A DNA stretch of 64,000 nucleotides from an uncultured Armatimonadetes bacterium (GCA_963717145.1 OY970325.1:928001-992000); one strand, 5' to 3'. Counted from the first letter of the stretch, positions 9,104 to 24,100 are shown. Notes: a model not told the origin generated them from the sequence alone. Numbers and translations: made by a program.

Positions 9104-12100
9104 ATGGCGAGAAGGCTACTATGCATCGCGACAGTCCTAGTACTGGCGACCTTCGCTCCCGTTTCACTACCAGCGGCGACTATCTACGTTGACGACGGTG
9201 CGACAGGGGCGGGCAATGGCTCTTCATGGGAGGACGCCCTCACCACCATCCAGGCTGCCATCAACACCGCATCTGCCGCAGACACCGTGGTCGTTGCCGC
9301 CGGGTTGTACACAGAAAACATCAACTTCAACGGGAAGGCGATCACCCTCACCAGCACCGATCCTCTCGACCCCGCGACTGTTGCTGCAACAATCATAGAC
9401 GGCAACCAGAGCGGGAGCGTCGTCACGTTCGACTCGGACGAGACATCGACTTCCGCGCTGACCGGGTTCACGATCCGGAACGGAAGCGGCACACTAGTCA
9501 ATGAAACGCGGTATGGCGGCGGAGTCTACTGCGCGGTAGGCTGCACCCCTACCATCAGACACAACAGCATCACAGGCAATTCAGCGGACATCGGTGGGGC
9601 TATCTATACTCGGGGGAATTCCGCTCCCACGATCACGAGCGGCCCGACTGCGGCCTACCCGTACGTTGGCGTCGGCAAGACGGTCGGCCTCTCGGTGACT
9701 GCTTCGGATCCCAATGGCGACCATTTGGTATACACCTGGACTTCTGGAGATAGCGGAACGATCACCGGCACTGGAAATGCTGTATTATTCTCGGCTGCCA
9801 CTGCCGGAGTACACAGCATCGATGTCACCGTTGACGACCCGCACGGGGGTATGGTAACCGGCACGCTGAGCGTGACAGTGATAGGCATCCGGATCCAGAC
9901 CCCGCTCCCACAGCTCGTTGCAGGCCAGCCCAGCACTCTGACGGCAATCACCACCCCATCGGTACCGAATTCCCCGGAGTACCCAGTGGCGATATCTTGG
10001 AGCATCATAGAGGGCCCTGCAGCCGGCTCGTTTGGCACCCCCGCAGCCGCTGAAACAACATTCGTACCATCTACGAGTGGACCTGGCCGCATGCAGGTCG
10101 AGTACCGAGTAGGAACCGCTACTACGGCACAGGTTCTGCCAATCGCACTCGATCCCATCGTTCTCTGCGTGGAACCGGCTTTCGGGACATTGGGAACGAC
10201 AGTCGAGGCAGCAATCAGCGGTCCTAACCTCGGGCGAATCACCGGCGTTTCGTTCACCGGAACTGGAGTAACGGCAATGATTCAGGATGGGCAGACTGAA
10301 GACCTCCTGCCCGTCCGGATCACAATCACCCAGAATGCCGACCCAGGCAGTCGCAGCATCGTTCTCACGACGCCGGAGGCGCAGTTCAACATTCCAGCGG
10401 CTTTCGGGATCAGGACGCCCCCACCGATCACGGCTGATCCGGCGAGTCTCAACCTGGTAGTCGGCAACACGGGGACAATAACCTTCTCCATCCCAGATCC
10501 CGCGCCAACCGGTGGAACCAACCTCGTCCTCTCAAGCTCAGCGCCGATAGTAGCCTCAGTGCCTGCCTCGGCAATGATCCCTGCCGGCCAAACATCTGTT
10601 GACATAACGGTGACCGGGATCGGCTACGGAACTACAACTATCACCGGGAATGCCACAGGTTACTACAAGGCCCAGGTACCCGTTGTGGTCATTAACCCCC
10701 CGATGATCGCCTTCTCGCCGTCTCCGTTCAGCGTCGCCGCGGGCCTGGTAGGGAAATGCACGATCAGCGTCTCCAACCCGGCGCCGGCCGGCGGTCTACC
10801 CGTGAACCTTAGCGCTGACGCCACGGAAGTCGAAATACCCGCTGTCCTCACGATTGCCGAGGGCAAGGCGAACGCGATTCTGAGTGTGAAGGGCATCGTA
10901 CAAGGTTCGACGACAATAACAGCAACCGCTTCAGGGTACCCGGACGCGAGTCTGCAGGTGACTGTCACGCCCGGACAGCTGAACTTGTTCCCAAGCTATC
11001 TGCCGATCGCTCTCGGTTGTTCATCGAGCCTGCAACTCACCCTTCCAGACTTCGCTCCGCCAGGCGGGCTTACCGTGAACCTTGCCAGTAGTGCTGTGTC
11101 GCACGTTGTGGTACCAGCGACGGTCACTATACAGGAAGGCGAAAGATCGACGTTCGTTCCCGTGAACGGCGTCGGGGTTGGTGGCGCTGACATCACCGCA
11201 GGCCTGACGAGCTTTGAGGGAGCGCAGGCGACAGTCAACGTCCTGGAAGCCTACAACATCTCGTTCATCCCGAGTTCTCTGTTCGTCACACCTGGGGCAA
11301 GTAGCGCCACCCAGGTCACAGCTTCTTCCCCGGCGCCACAAGGGGGACTGCTGGTCGCTCTCATAAGCCAATCGCCCGACAAGGTTTCGGTACCGGAGTC
11401 CGCGTTCATTCCTGAAGGGCAGTTCATGGCAGTCATCGAGGTGAACGGACTCGAGACAACTACCTCGCCTGTACAGGTGACCGCGTCCTGTCCGGGTCTG
11501 ACCGAAGGGCGACTGGACGTTACAGTCCATCCCATCTACCAGCCCTGGATCAAGACGGATGTCGTGGTGGGTGCGGGCTGTCGCACTACAGGGGCAGTAG
11601 GTCTGACCGGGGCAACGGCGCCTGCCGGCGGATACACGATCAACCTGACGAGCAACGATCCGACGATAGCAACTGTGCCTGCTACCGTGACAATACCGGC
11701 CGGTTCCAGCTGGACCTCATTCACGATTGTGGGCAAGTCAGCAGGCAGCACGGATATCATGGCATCGGTGGCAGGCTTCTCGGCTACAAGTGCTGTGACG
11801 GTGGCAAAACCTACCTTCGAGTGGATCAGTGTTCCGACTCAGATGACGCTGGGTGCAGGCACGAACGCGCAGGTGTACACTTGCGTGCCTAACGGGACGT
11901 ACTACGGCGACTACTACGGCACGCCGTACAAGTGGGGCAACACTCGCCAAAACATCGATCAGGCGGTCGCAGTAAGCCTGTCAAGCGAGAACCCGGCCGT
12001 GGTCCAGGTGCCGGCTGCTGCGACTATACCGGCGGGCGGCTATTCCACAGGTAATCTCGCCATGCAGGCAGTTGGGACAGGAACGAGCACTCTGACTGCG

Positions 12101-15100
12101 AGTGCCGATGGATGGGATAGCAAGACGACTGGGACAATCACTGTAGTAGGTCCCTGGATCAAGACGGATGTCGTGGTGGGTGCGGGCTGTCGCACTACAG
12201 GGGCAGTAGGTCTGACCGGGGCAACGGCGCCTGCCGGCGGATACACGATCAACCTGACGAGCAACGATCCGACGATAGCAACTGTGCCTGCTACCGTGAC
12301 AATACCGGCCGGTTCCAGCTGGACCTCATTCACGATTGTGGGCAAGTCAGCAGGCAGCACGGATATCATGGCATCGGTGGCAGGCTTCTCGGCTACAAGT
12401 GCTGTGACGGTGGCAAAACCTACCTTCGAGTGGATCAGTGTTCCGACTCAGATGACGCTGGGTGCAGGCACGAACGCGCAGGTGTACACTTGCGTGCCTA
12501 ACGGGACGTACTACGGCGACTACTACGGCACGCCGTACAAGTGGGGCAACACTCGCCAAAACATCGATCAGGCGGTCGCAGTAAGCCTGTCAAGCGAGAA
12601 CCCGGCCGTGGTCCAGGTGCCGGCTGCTGCGACTATACCGGCGGGCGGCTATTCCACAGGTAATCTCGCCATGCAGGCAGTTGGGACAGGAACGAGCACT
12701 CTGACTGCGAGTGCCGATGGATGGGATAGCAAGACGACTGGGACAATCACTGTAGTAGGTCCCTGGATCAAGACGGATGTCGTGGTGGGTGCGGGCTGTC
12801 GCACTACAGGGGCAGTAGGTCTGACCGGGGCAACGGCGCCTGCCGGCGGATACACGATCAACCTGACGAGCAACGATCCGACGATAGCAACTGTGCCTGC
12901 TACCGTGACAATACCGGCCGGTTCCAGCTGGACCTCATTCACGATTGTGGGCAAGTCAGCAGGCAGCACGGATATCATGGCATCGGTGGCAGGCTTCTCG
13001 GCTACAAGTGCTGTGACGGTGGCAAAACCTACCTTCGAGTGGATCAGTGTTCCGACTCAGATGACGCTGGGTGCAGGCACGAACGCGCAGGTGTACACTT
13101 GCGTGCCTAACGGGACGTACTACGGCGACTACTACGGCACGCCGTACAAGTGGGGCAACACTCGCCAAAACATCGATCAGGCGGTCGCAGTAAGCCTGTC
13201 AAGCGAGAACCCGGCCGTGGTCCAGGTGCCGGCTGCTGCGACTATACCGGCGGGCGGCTATTCCACAGGTAATCTCGCCATGCAGGCAGTTGGGACAGGA
13301 ACGAGCACTCTGACTGCGAGTGCCGATGGATGGGATAGCAAGACGACTGGGACAATCACTGTAGTAGGTCCCTGGATCAAGACGGATGTCGTGGTGGGTG
13401 CGGGCTGTCGCACTACAGGGGCAGTAGGTCTGACCGGGGCAACGGCGCCTGCCGGCGGATACACGATCAACCTGACGAGCAACGATCCGACGATAGCAAC
13501 TGTGCCTGCTACCGTGACAATACCGGCCGGTTCCAGCTGGACCTCATTCACGATTGTGGGCAAGTCAGCAGGCAGCACGGATATCATGGCATCGGTGGCA
13601 GGCTTCTCGGCTACAAGTGCTGTGACGGTGGCAAAACCTACCTTCGAGTGGATCAGTGTTCCGACTCAGATGACGCTGGGTGCAGGCACGAACGCGCAGG
13701 TGTACACTTGCGTGCCTAACGGGACGTACTACGGCGACTACTACGGCACGCCGTACAAGTGGGGCAACACTCGCCAAAACATCGATCAGGCGGTCGCAGT
13801 AAGCCTGTCAAGCGAGAACCCGGCCGTGGTCCAGGTGCCGGCTGCTGCGACTATACCGGCGGGCGGCTATTCCACAGGTAATCTCGCCATGCAGGCAGTT
13901 GGGACAGGAACGAGCACTCTGACTGCGAGTGCCGATGGATGGGATAGCAAGACGACTGGGACAATCACTGTAGTAGGTCCCTGGATCAAGACGGATGTCG
14001 TGGTGGGTGCGGGCTGTCGCACTACAGGGGCAGTAGGTCTGACCGGGGCAACGGCGCCTGCCGGCGGATACACGATCAACCTGACGAGCAACGATCCGAC
14101 GATAGCAACTGTGCCTGCTACCGTGACAATACCGGCCGGTTCCAGCTGGACCTCATTCACGATTGTGGGCAAGTCAGCAGGCAGCACGGATATCATGGCA
14201 TCGGTGGCAGGCTTCTCGGCTACAAGTGCTGTGACGGTGGCAAAACCTACCTTCGAGTGGATCAGTGTTCCGACTCAGATGACGCTGGGTGCAGGCACGA
14301 ACGCGCAGGTGTACACTTGCGTGCCTAACGGGACGTACTACGGCGACTACTACGGCACGCCGTACAAGTGGGGCAACACTCGCCAAAACATCGATCAGGC
14401 GGTCGCAGTAAGCCTGTCAAGCGAGAACCCGGCCGTGGTCCAGGTGCCGGCTGCTGCGACTATACCGGCGAGCGGCTATTCCACAGGTAATCTCGCCATG
14501 CAGGCAGTTGGGACAGGAACGAGCACTCTGACTGCGAGTGCCGATGGATGGGATAGCAAGACGACTGGGACGATTGCTGTCGTCGGCGGTTCGGGCAACA
14601 ACGGAGGGTCGAGGCTGGCGGATCTCACCGCCTGGGATTCCGCACAGGGCCGTGCACACCTTAGACAACGTTCCAGTATGATGGAGCAGCGGAACGCTAG
14701 CAGCCCGCAGACGCTCTCCGGCGTCGGGACGCCATTCCTGGCACTCTCCCTCATGTCCGTGATCGGCGCCACAGGGGTCGGCTCGGTCGGGGAGGGAGGC
14801 AGCACGCCACAGCCCGTGATCGAGTACAATATCATATCCGGAAACACCGCCGGATTCGGTGGCGGCATAGCATGCTGCAACTCCTCGCCGATCATTCGCG
14901 ACAACATTCTGGTGGGCAATTCCGCCACAGGCGAGTTCGGCGGAGGTGCGATTGCCGTCCTCGCTGACTCGGGCCCCAGACTCCGCGGCAACACGGTGTG
15001 CAGCAACAACGCGACATCGGGCAATGGTGGCGGCATCTACGCTGAGACTGCTGGGCTGTCGGTCAAGAACTCAATCCTATGGCAGAACGAGGACGACCTG

Positions 15101-18100
15101 TGGAACTGCGCGCCGACGTATTCGTGCGTGACTGACCTCTCGGCTGATCCGGGCACCGGCAACATCTCGGTCGATCCCGCGTTTACCCAGACAACCGATC
15201 CTGGAACTCCGGGTTACTATCGGCTGGTCAGCGGTTCGCCTTGTGTCAACGCCGGCGATCCGGCATACGTCCCTGACACAGGGGAAACAGATGTTGATGG
15301 TGGACTGCGCGTCGTTGGCGGTCGTGTGGACATGGGCGCTGACGAAACCCCGGACGCGACGGTCCCAGATACGCAGATCACCTCCGGGCCAGCCGAAGGG
15401 TCCACGGCGTGCGCAGGCCCGGTCTCGGTGACGTGGACTGGCCGTGACGACGTCACGCCGGCAGGACTGCTGGAGTATTCATGGCGGGTCGACAGTGGGG
15501 ACTGGTCAGTCTGGTCGACGGCCACCAGCGAGGCGCTCACGCTTGCAGATGGCCAGCATACCTTCGAGGTGAAGGCAAGGGACTCCTCGGGTAATGAGGA
15601 TGCTTCACCCGCGTCCCGAACGTTCACGCTGGACACCGTCGCCCCGACGGTCACCTCTACGGCACCTGCGAATGGCGCGACCGGCCTGCCGGTCAGCTTG
15701 GTCATCACCGCCACCTTCAGCGAGGCGATGGACCCGGCGACGATCAGTACTGACACGTTCCTGCTGACGGACAGCGCGGCGGACCCGGTTGCGGGCACCG
15801 TTGGCCACGATGCGGAAAGCAAGACAGCCACCTTCACGCCTGCCGCAGCTCTCACCTACGACACGAGCTATAGGGCGACGCTTACAACCGGCATCATGGA
15901 CGTGGCAGGTAACGCATTGGTCAGTGCCTACACGTGGGCATTCACGACAGGTGCGCCGGGTCGGATCGTGCTGGTGAACGATGAGTGGGTTCTGGCCGAT
16001 GCCGGCTTCTCCGAGCCGAACGATCCCTGTGCCTTTGCGTTGAATGCGGCTGGCTGGTTTACCGGCGGATCTCCCGGCACCTTCCTAGTCTATTCAAACG
16101 ACCAGGGACTGATCGGATCATCTCTGGCCTCGTGCATGAGAAACGCTGGCCACACGTGGACAGTCTCCACATCAGCCACTCTCGACCTGCCGACACTGCA
16201 CACTTACGATGCCGTATTCCTGGGCGGTGTCCTTGCAGACAACACCGTCCTAACCGACTATGTCAACTCGGGAGGAAACGTGTACTTGCTAGGAGGCAGC
16301 GGAGGTAGCGGTAGCTGGGGGCCATCTCAGGAGGCAGCTGCCTGGAACCCATTCCTGGCGGACTTCGGTCTTCGGCTTGCCGACGATGGGTGGAACTCGA
16401 TCTCGGGAAGCATTCCCATCGCTAGTAGCCACCCGATATTCGCTGGAGTCGACCACTTGTACCAAGGCGTGGGACAGACAATCTTCGACATAAGTCCCAG
16501 CGACCCTCATAGCCGGGTGCTGATTGCGGTTCCGGAAGGGGAGGGTGGGCTCTACGCCGTGTTCGATGGTAGGTTAGATGCAGCCCCTCCGACGGTCACC
16601 TCTACCACCCCGGCGAATGGCGCGACCGGCGCGCCGGTGGATGGCACAGTTGCCGTCGCGTTTGATGAGGCCATGGACCATTCGACGATCAACGCTGTGA
16701 CGTTCCTGCTCAAGGACAGCGGCGACAACCCGGTGTCCGGGACTGTGACCTACGAGGATGCCTCCAAGACTGCCACATTCACTCCGGCTACACCACTTGG
16801 CTACCGGACTACGTACTCCGCGACGATCACGGCCGGGGTCAAGGACTTCTACGGCAATGCGATGGCGACCGATTACACCTGGAGCTTCAGCACCGCCAGG
16901 GAGCGCGTGGTCTTCACGACGAACACTCTGATCGGCTGCACGAATTCCTCCTATGACGGGAAGGACATAGTAGTAGATGGCTGCACGCTCACGGTCAACT
17001 GCTCCCACGCCTTCAACAGCCTTCAGGTGATCAATGGGGGCGTTGTCACTCATTCGGTCTACACCGCCGGACAGGAATACAAGCTTGACCTGACAATTGC
17101 GCAAGACGTGACAGTAGACACAGGCGGCTCGATATCGGCGAACGGCAAGGGCTATGGGCAGGAGACTGGCCCGGGCAAGGGCGGTTCCAACTTTTTCAAT
17201 GGTGCTGGAGGCGGCTACGGGGGTGCTGGAGGCGACTCCAACTTGGCGGCTGGTGGAGCGGCCTATGGTTCGGTCACTGAGCCGACGGACCTAGGCAGTG
17301 GTGGGGGCCGTGAGACTTACTTCAGCTCGGCAGGAGGGGCGGGAGGCGGAGCCATTCGCCTGATGGTGAACGGGACGTTGACAGTCAATGGGAGTCTGAC
17401 GGCCAACGGGACTGTTGGCGGCACCGCCTACCCTGACCGCGCAAGCGGCGGCGGCTCAGGTGGAAGCGTTTATCTAACGGTGGGGGTTCTGGCAGGTTCG
17501 GGAGCTATATCGGCCAGCGGAGGAAACAGTGGGGGAGTCTCGGCTGGAGGTGGCGGTGGCGGAAGAATAGCCGTTTACTACGAGGACAAGACTGGCTACG
17601 CTGGTACGATCACGGCCGTCGGTGGCTCGGGGTATGTGCGTGGCGGCGCAGGAACGATCTACGTGAAAGGCTCCGATCAGTCGCTGGGTGATTTGCTGGT
17701 CGACAATGGCGGAAACACGGGAGCCAATACGCCGGTTGCCGGAAGCGCAGCATTTGACAAGGTGGATGTGGCGAACCAGGCTAGGTTAGTGGTTAGCTCA
17801 AGTGTTCTGTTGTCGGCTGGCACCCTAGTGGTGCGCGACAGCGGTCAGATCAGTGTGTCGGACAATGGGGACGTAGACTTCCCGCAGACATTCATTTCTT
17901 CGGGCGGCGTGTTCAACTTGAACAAGACGGAGATCTTGGGCAACGTGCATATTATGTCGGGAGGGGTGCTGACCCATCAGGCGGGTATGGTTGGGTTCGA
18001 TCTAACGGTCACGGGTGATCTGGTTATCGACACAGGCGGCTCGATATCGGCGAACGGCAAGGGCTATGGGCAGGAGACTGGCCCGGGCAAGGGCGGTTCC

Positions 18101-21100
18101 AACTTTTTCAATGGTGCTGGAGGCGGCTACGGGGGTGCTGGAGGCGACTCCAACTTGGCGGCTGGTGGAGCGGCCTATGGTTCGGTCACTGAGCCGACGG
18201 ACCTAGGCAGTGGTGGGGGCCGTGAGACTTACTTCAGCTCGGCAGGAGGGGCGGGAGGCGGAGCCATTCGCCTGATGGTGAACGGGACGTTGACAGTCAA
18301 TGGGAGTCTGACGGCCAACGGGACTGTTGGCGGCACCGCCTACCCTGACCGCGCAAGCGGCGGCGGCTCAGGTGGAAGCGTTTATCTAACGGTGGGGGTT
18401 CTGGCAGGTTCGGGAGCTATATCGGCCAGCGGAGGAAACAGTGGGGGAGTCTCGGCTGGAGGTGGCGGTGGCGGAAGAATAGCCGTTTACTACGAGGACA
18501 AGACTGGCTACGCTGGTACGATCACGGCCGTCGGTGGCTCGGGGTATGTGCGTGGCGGCGCAGGAACGATCTACGTGAAAGGCTCCGATCAGTCGCTGGG
18601 TGATTTGCTGGTCGACAATGGCGGAAACACGGGAGCCAATACGCCGGTTGCCGGAAGCGCAGCATTTGACAAGGTGGATGTGGCGAACCAGGCTAGGTTA
18701 GTGGTTAGCTCAAGTGTTCTGTTGTCGGCTGGCACCCTAGTGGTGCGCGACAGCGGTCAGATCAGTGTGTCGGACAATGGGGACGTAGACTTCCCGCAGA
18801 CATTCATTTCTTCGGGCGGCGTGTTCAACTTGAACAAGACGGAGATCTTGGGCAACGTGCATATTATGTCGGGAGGGGTGCTGACCCATCAGGCGGGTAT
18901 GGTTGGGTTCGATCTAACGGTCACGGGTGATCTGGTTATCGACACAGGCGGCTCGATATCGGCGAACGGCAAGGGCTATGGGCAGGAGACTGGCCCGGGC
19001 AAGGGCGGTTCCAACTTTTTCAATGGTGCTGGAGGCGGCTACGGGGGTGCTGGAGGCGACTCCAACTTGGCGGCTGGTGGAGCGGCCTATGGTTCGGTCA
19101 CTGAGCCGACGGACCTAGGCAGTGGTGGGGGCCGTGAGACTTACTTCAGCTCGGCAGGAGGGGCGGGAGGCGGAGCCATTCGCCTGATGGTGAACGGGAC
19201 GTTGACAGTCAATGGGAGTCTGACGGCCAACGGGACTGTTGGCGGCACCGCCTACCCTGACCGCGCAAGCGGCGGCGGCTCAGGTGGAAGCGTTTATCTA
19301 ACGGTGGGGGTTCTGGCAGGTTCGGGAGCTATATCGGCCAGCGGAGGAAACAGTGGGGGAGTCTCGGCTGGAGGTGGCGGTGGCGGAAGAATAGCCGTTT
19401 ACTACGAGGACAAGACTGGCTACGCCGGGAGCGTGACGGTACTGGGAGGTTCCGGGTATCAGTCCGGCCAACCTGGAAGCGTCTTCCTCTATAAGTCGGG
19501 TGCTCTCCGTCTTCTTTCGCATGTGCCGCAGGGATGCATGGGCGAACCAGTCGACCGCGTGGACGTCCAGTTCAACAAGGATGTAGACGGCACAACATTC
19601 GGGGTTGGCGAAGTATCTCTGACTGCGCCCAACGGCTCACCAATTCCCCTGGTGAGTGTGCCACAGAGCGCGGGCGGAAACGTCTGGCGAATCAGCTTCA
19701 ATCCTCAGACTACAGAGGGCGAGTACCACGTGAGCATCGGCCCCCACCTCGCGGATCTGGTCGGTCATCAGATGGACCAAGACGCGGACGCATTCGAAGG
19801 GGAATCCCCCGACGACGTCTACCAGGGCGCTTTCCGAGTGGACCTGGTGCCTCCGGCGATCTCCAACCTGAGTGCCGCGGCCGCATTGCAGCAGTGCCTG
19901 ATAACCTGGTCCACCAACGAGCCGGCCACTTCTCAGGTCGACTACGGTCCGGACGACGGCTACGGCGCGAGCACGCCTGTTGCCACGGAACTGGCTACCA
20001 GCCACGGCGTGACCGTGAGCGGGCTGTCACCGAACACGGACTACTACTACCGAGTTAAGTCCGTGGATGCCTGCGGGCGGCAGGCGGAACTCGCCGGGGG
20101 GGCCTTCACGACAGTCGCCGACACGACACCTCCTAACACTCAGATTGCCTCCGGGCCGACCGAGGGAACTATGGCCTGCGCAAGCCCGATCTCAGTGACC
20201 TGGACTGGCACCGACGACGTCACGCCGACCGGACTGCTGGAGTATTCATGGCGGATCGATGCTGGAGACTGGTCTGCCTGGTCAACGGTCGCCAGCGAGG
20301 CGCTCACGCTTACAGATGGCCAGCACACGTTCGAGGTCAAGGCAAGGGACACGTCAGGCAATGAGGATTCCACCCCGTCGGTCAGGCACTTCAGCCTGGA
20401 CACACAGGCGCCCGCGTTGTCGCAGTTTGCGACCGCACCGGCCGCGGCTTCAATGACGATCATCTGGACGACGGACGAGCCGGCCACATCACAGGTAGAA
20501 TACGGAACGTCTGTCTCCTACGGCACCCTTACGCCTCTGCAGTCGCAGCTTGTGACGAGTCACAGCGTCACCATGACCGGATTGACTCCAGCCACAACCT
20601 ACCATTACCGCATCAGATCGAAGGACTCGTGCGGCCACGAAGCCTTCTCTGCGGAGGACTTGACCTTCGATACGACCGCCGATACGACTTCACCGGACAC
20701 CAGCATAGCGTCGGGACCGTCGGAGAACGGAACGGCATGCGCTCTTCCGGTCGCAGTCGCCTGGACGGGAACGGACGACACTACCCCGGTGGGCCAGCTC
20801 CAATATTCGTATTCCCTTGACGGGGCGGGATGGTCCGATTGGTCTTCGGCCATCAGCCAGAGCTTTGGCGCACTCACGGACGGATCCCACACCTTCCGGG
20901 TCAATGGCAGGGATCTGTATGGCAATGAGGATGCCACGCCGGCTGTTCGCCACTTCAGCGTTGACACGACTCCGCCGACCATCTCGGGCGTGTTGGCCAC
21001 TCCTGCTGCCGGTCAGTGCGCTGTCAAGTGGACAACAGACGAGCCGGCGACGTCGCAGGTGGAGTATGGGGAGACCGACCGGTACGGCTCCGTCACATCG

Positions 21101-24100
21101 CTTGATGTAAGGTTGCTGACGAGCCACAGCGTCATGGTGACAGGGCTCTCTTCAGAAACGCTCTACCACTACCGGGCGAAGTCCAAGGACAACTGCGGTC
21201 ACGAACGGGTCTCGGATGATGGTACGTTCCTGACGACTCCTGCGCCCGACCTGCAGGTCACGTCCGTCATCGTGCCGATCGAGGCGTGGACCGGCAGTGC
21301 GTTCGACGTGACGTGGTCCGTCGTGAACAACGGTCCCGGGCCGGCTGAGGGCACCTGGGCGGACAAGGTCTATCTCTCGACCGACGCTCAGGTGGGGAAT
21401 GACATCCTGCTCGGCGAGTTCTCATACGGGGCCGGTCTGGCCACCGGTCAGACGGTCACGCGCACACAGACCGTGACGATCGGCCGCCAGGGTGTAACAG
21501 ACGGAGACTACTACATCATTGTGTGTACGGACGCGAACGGCGGCGTGTTCGAGGGCACGCATGAGGACAACAACTGCCTGGCGGACGAAACTGTGATAGG
21601 AGTTCATGTCACGCCCTGGCCCGATCTCCAGGTTGACTTGGTCGAAGCGCCGACCAACGCACAATCAGGGCAGATCATCGGCGTGAGCTGGCGGATCTGT
21701 AACAACGGAACAGGTGCGACCGATGCACCCTCCTGGTATGAACGGGTCTACCTATCTCCTGACACAGACAAGTCCCATGCCATCAAAGACTACGGGCAGT
21801 TCGTCAACGGCAGCTATCTGGCTCCTGGAGAGTGCTACACTGAGACCCGCGACTTGACGCTGCCGGCAGGGATCTCCGGGACGTACTACTTCATCGTGGA
21901 TTCAGACTGCAGCCGCCAGGTCGCAGAAACGGTTGAGTCGAACAACGTCGGCCACAGCACGCCGATAGATGTCACCTACGTTCAGCCTGGATTCCTGCAT
22001 GTGGAGTCAGTCATCGTGTCCCCCGCTCCGCCTATAACTGTCTGGGCTGGCGAGCAGGTCACAGTGACGTGGAAGGTAACGAACACGGGCGGCAGCCCGA
22101 TAGCTGGCAAATGGGACGACGTGGTGGCTCTTTCTCCCACGCCGAACTGGGACGGCACACACGGATACTGGGGCGTTATACACCACATCTACTTTACCGG
22201 ACCGCTGGCCGTGGCCGCGAGCTACACCCACACGGCGAGCTTCACCGTCCCGCAGAATATAGCCGCCGGCACCTGGTACGTGGTGCCAATAGTTGACACC
22301 CACTACTTCGCGGGTGGGGACGGGAGCATCGGCGGCGGAAACGTCCCGAGGGACCAGAACAACGCCTCAATCGAGGTTGCGCTGCCGCCTCCGGCGGACC
22401 TCGAAGTATCCGCCGTGGATGCTCCGACAGCGGGTACGGCCGGGCAGCCCATCACTATCACTTGGATGACTGCGAACAATGGTGCGAACCGAACCAGTGC
22501 GCCGTCCTGGAGCGACGCGGTCTATCTCTCGACCGATACGACTCTGGACAAGTCGTCAGACAGGCTTATCGGCACATTCGGCCACAGCGGCGCACTTGAC
22601 ACGGGAGGCAGCTACAGCCAGACTCAGAGTCCCACGATTCCGTCTGACGTACCGGGTGCTTGCTACCTCTTCGTCTGCGCGGACAGCGGCAACATTGTGT
22701 ACGAAGGTCCGTGGGAGGACAACAACTGCGGCTATGATCAGACCCCGGTGCAGGTGCAGGTCGTCCCACCGCCTCCTCCACCGGACCTTCAGGTCACGAT
22801 GCTGAGCGTACCATCTACCGGAACGGCGGGCCAACCGGCTTCGATATCGTGGACCGTGCAGAACGCCGGTGTGACAGACACGGGGGTCGCGTCCTGGAGC
22901 GATGCCGTCTACCTTTCCACCGACGACACGTTGAGCACAAGCGCGGACACCTTGCTCGGGACATACTCGCACACGGGCGCTCTCGCCTCCGAAGCAAGCT
23001 ACACACAGAATCAGATCGTCACTCTGCCGCACTGCGTCTCCGGGCCGTACTACATATTCGTACTGACCGACAGGGGCAGTCAGGTGAGCGAGGGTACGGG
23101 CGAGGGTAACAACTCGCGACGCTCTGATACCTCGATGGACGTAGCGGGCGGGCAGTATGCTGATCTCATGCCGACCTGGACGGTCGTGCCTGCGACCGCG
23201 AATGCCGGAGAACCGATGGCGATCGCCTGGAACGTATCCAATGCCGGAACCGGCACTGCGCCCGCCTCATGGACTGATGCGGTCTATCTTTCCGCTGATC
23301 CGCTGCTGGACACAAAGAATGACATCCGCCTCGGGGCTTTCGCGCACAGCTCCGATCTGGCGTCAGGTGTCAGCTATGCCATGAGCCCAAGCCCGACCGT
23401 GCCGATCGGGCTCACAGGTAGCTTCTACCTCATTGTGATGACCGATACCGACAACGCGGTCCGGGAGTGCGCCGGCGAGGGTGACAACACTGTCGTGAGC
23501 ACCTCAGCCGTTCAGATCGGGATTGCGACATATCCCGATCTGCAGGTCACCGCTGTGAACGCCCCGGATACGGCAATCTGCGGCCAGAACATGACTGTCG
23601 AGTGGACTGTTCGCAATGAGGGCAACGCGGCCACTCCTTCGGGCGTCTGGTCTGACGCGGTGCACCTATCGAAAGACCAGGTGCTGGACACCACGGATCC
23701 AAAGATCGTCGCATTCCCGCGACTCAACTCGCTTGTTGCGGGTGAAACGTATACCAAGTCCGCCCAGGTGCAGATACCGGGCGGGGCTTCGGGTCCGTAC
23801 TACGTGTTTGTCGTTACCGACAGCACGAACCGGGTCTTCGAGCACACGGCGGAGAACAACAACGCCGGCCACGATCCGACCGCTATGATCGTCACGATGC
23901 CTCCGCCCGCTGATCTGGTGGTGGAGGGAGTGACTGTTCCCGCAACGGGTTCGCCCGGCGAGTCTGCTGCGATAAGCTGGGTAGTCACCAACAACGGGAC
24001 AAACGCGGCGACCGGCCAGTGGACCGATTCGGTCTATCTCTCTGCGGATACTGCGTGGGACATCAACGACCAACTGGTCGGGCGTATGGATCACACGGGA

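Noticed and set aside
11543-19425. Long repeats as a CRISPR array or DGR template/variable repeats
   Set aside because: Units are 609 and 912 bp, in frame and without spacers. There are no adenine-specific mismatches and no cas or reverse transcriptase gene in the window.
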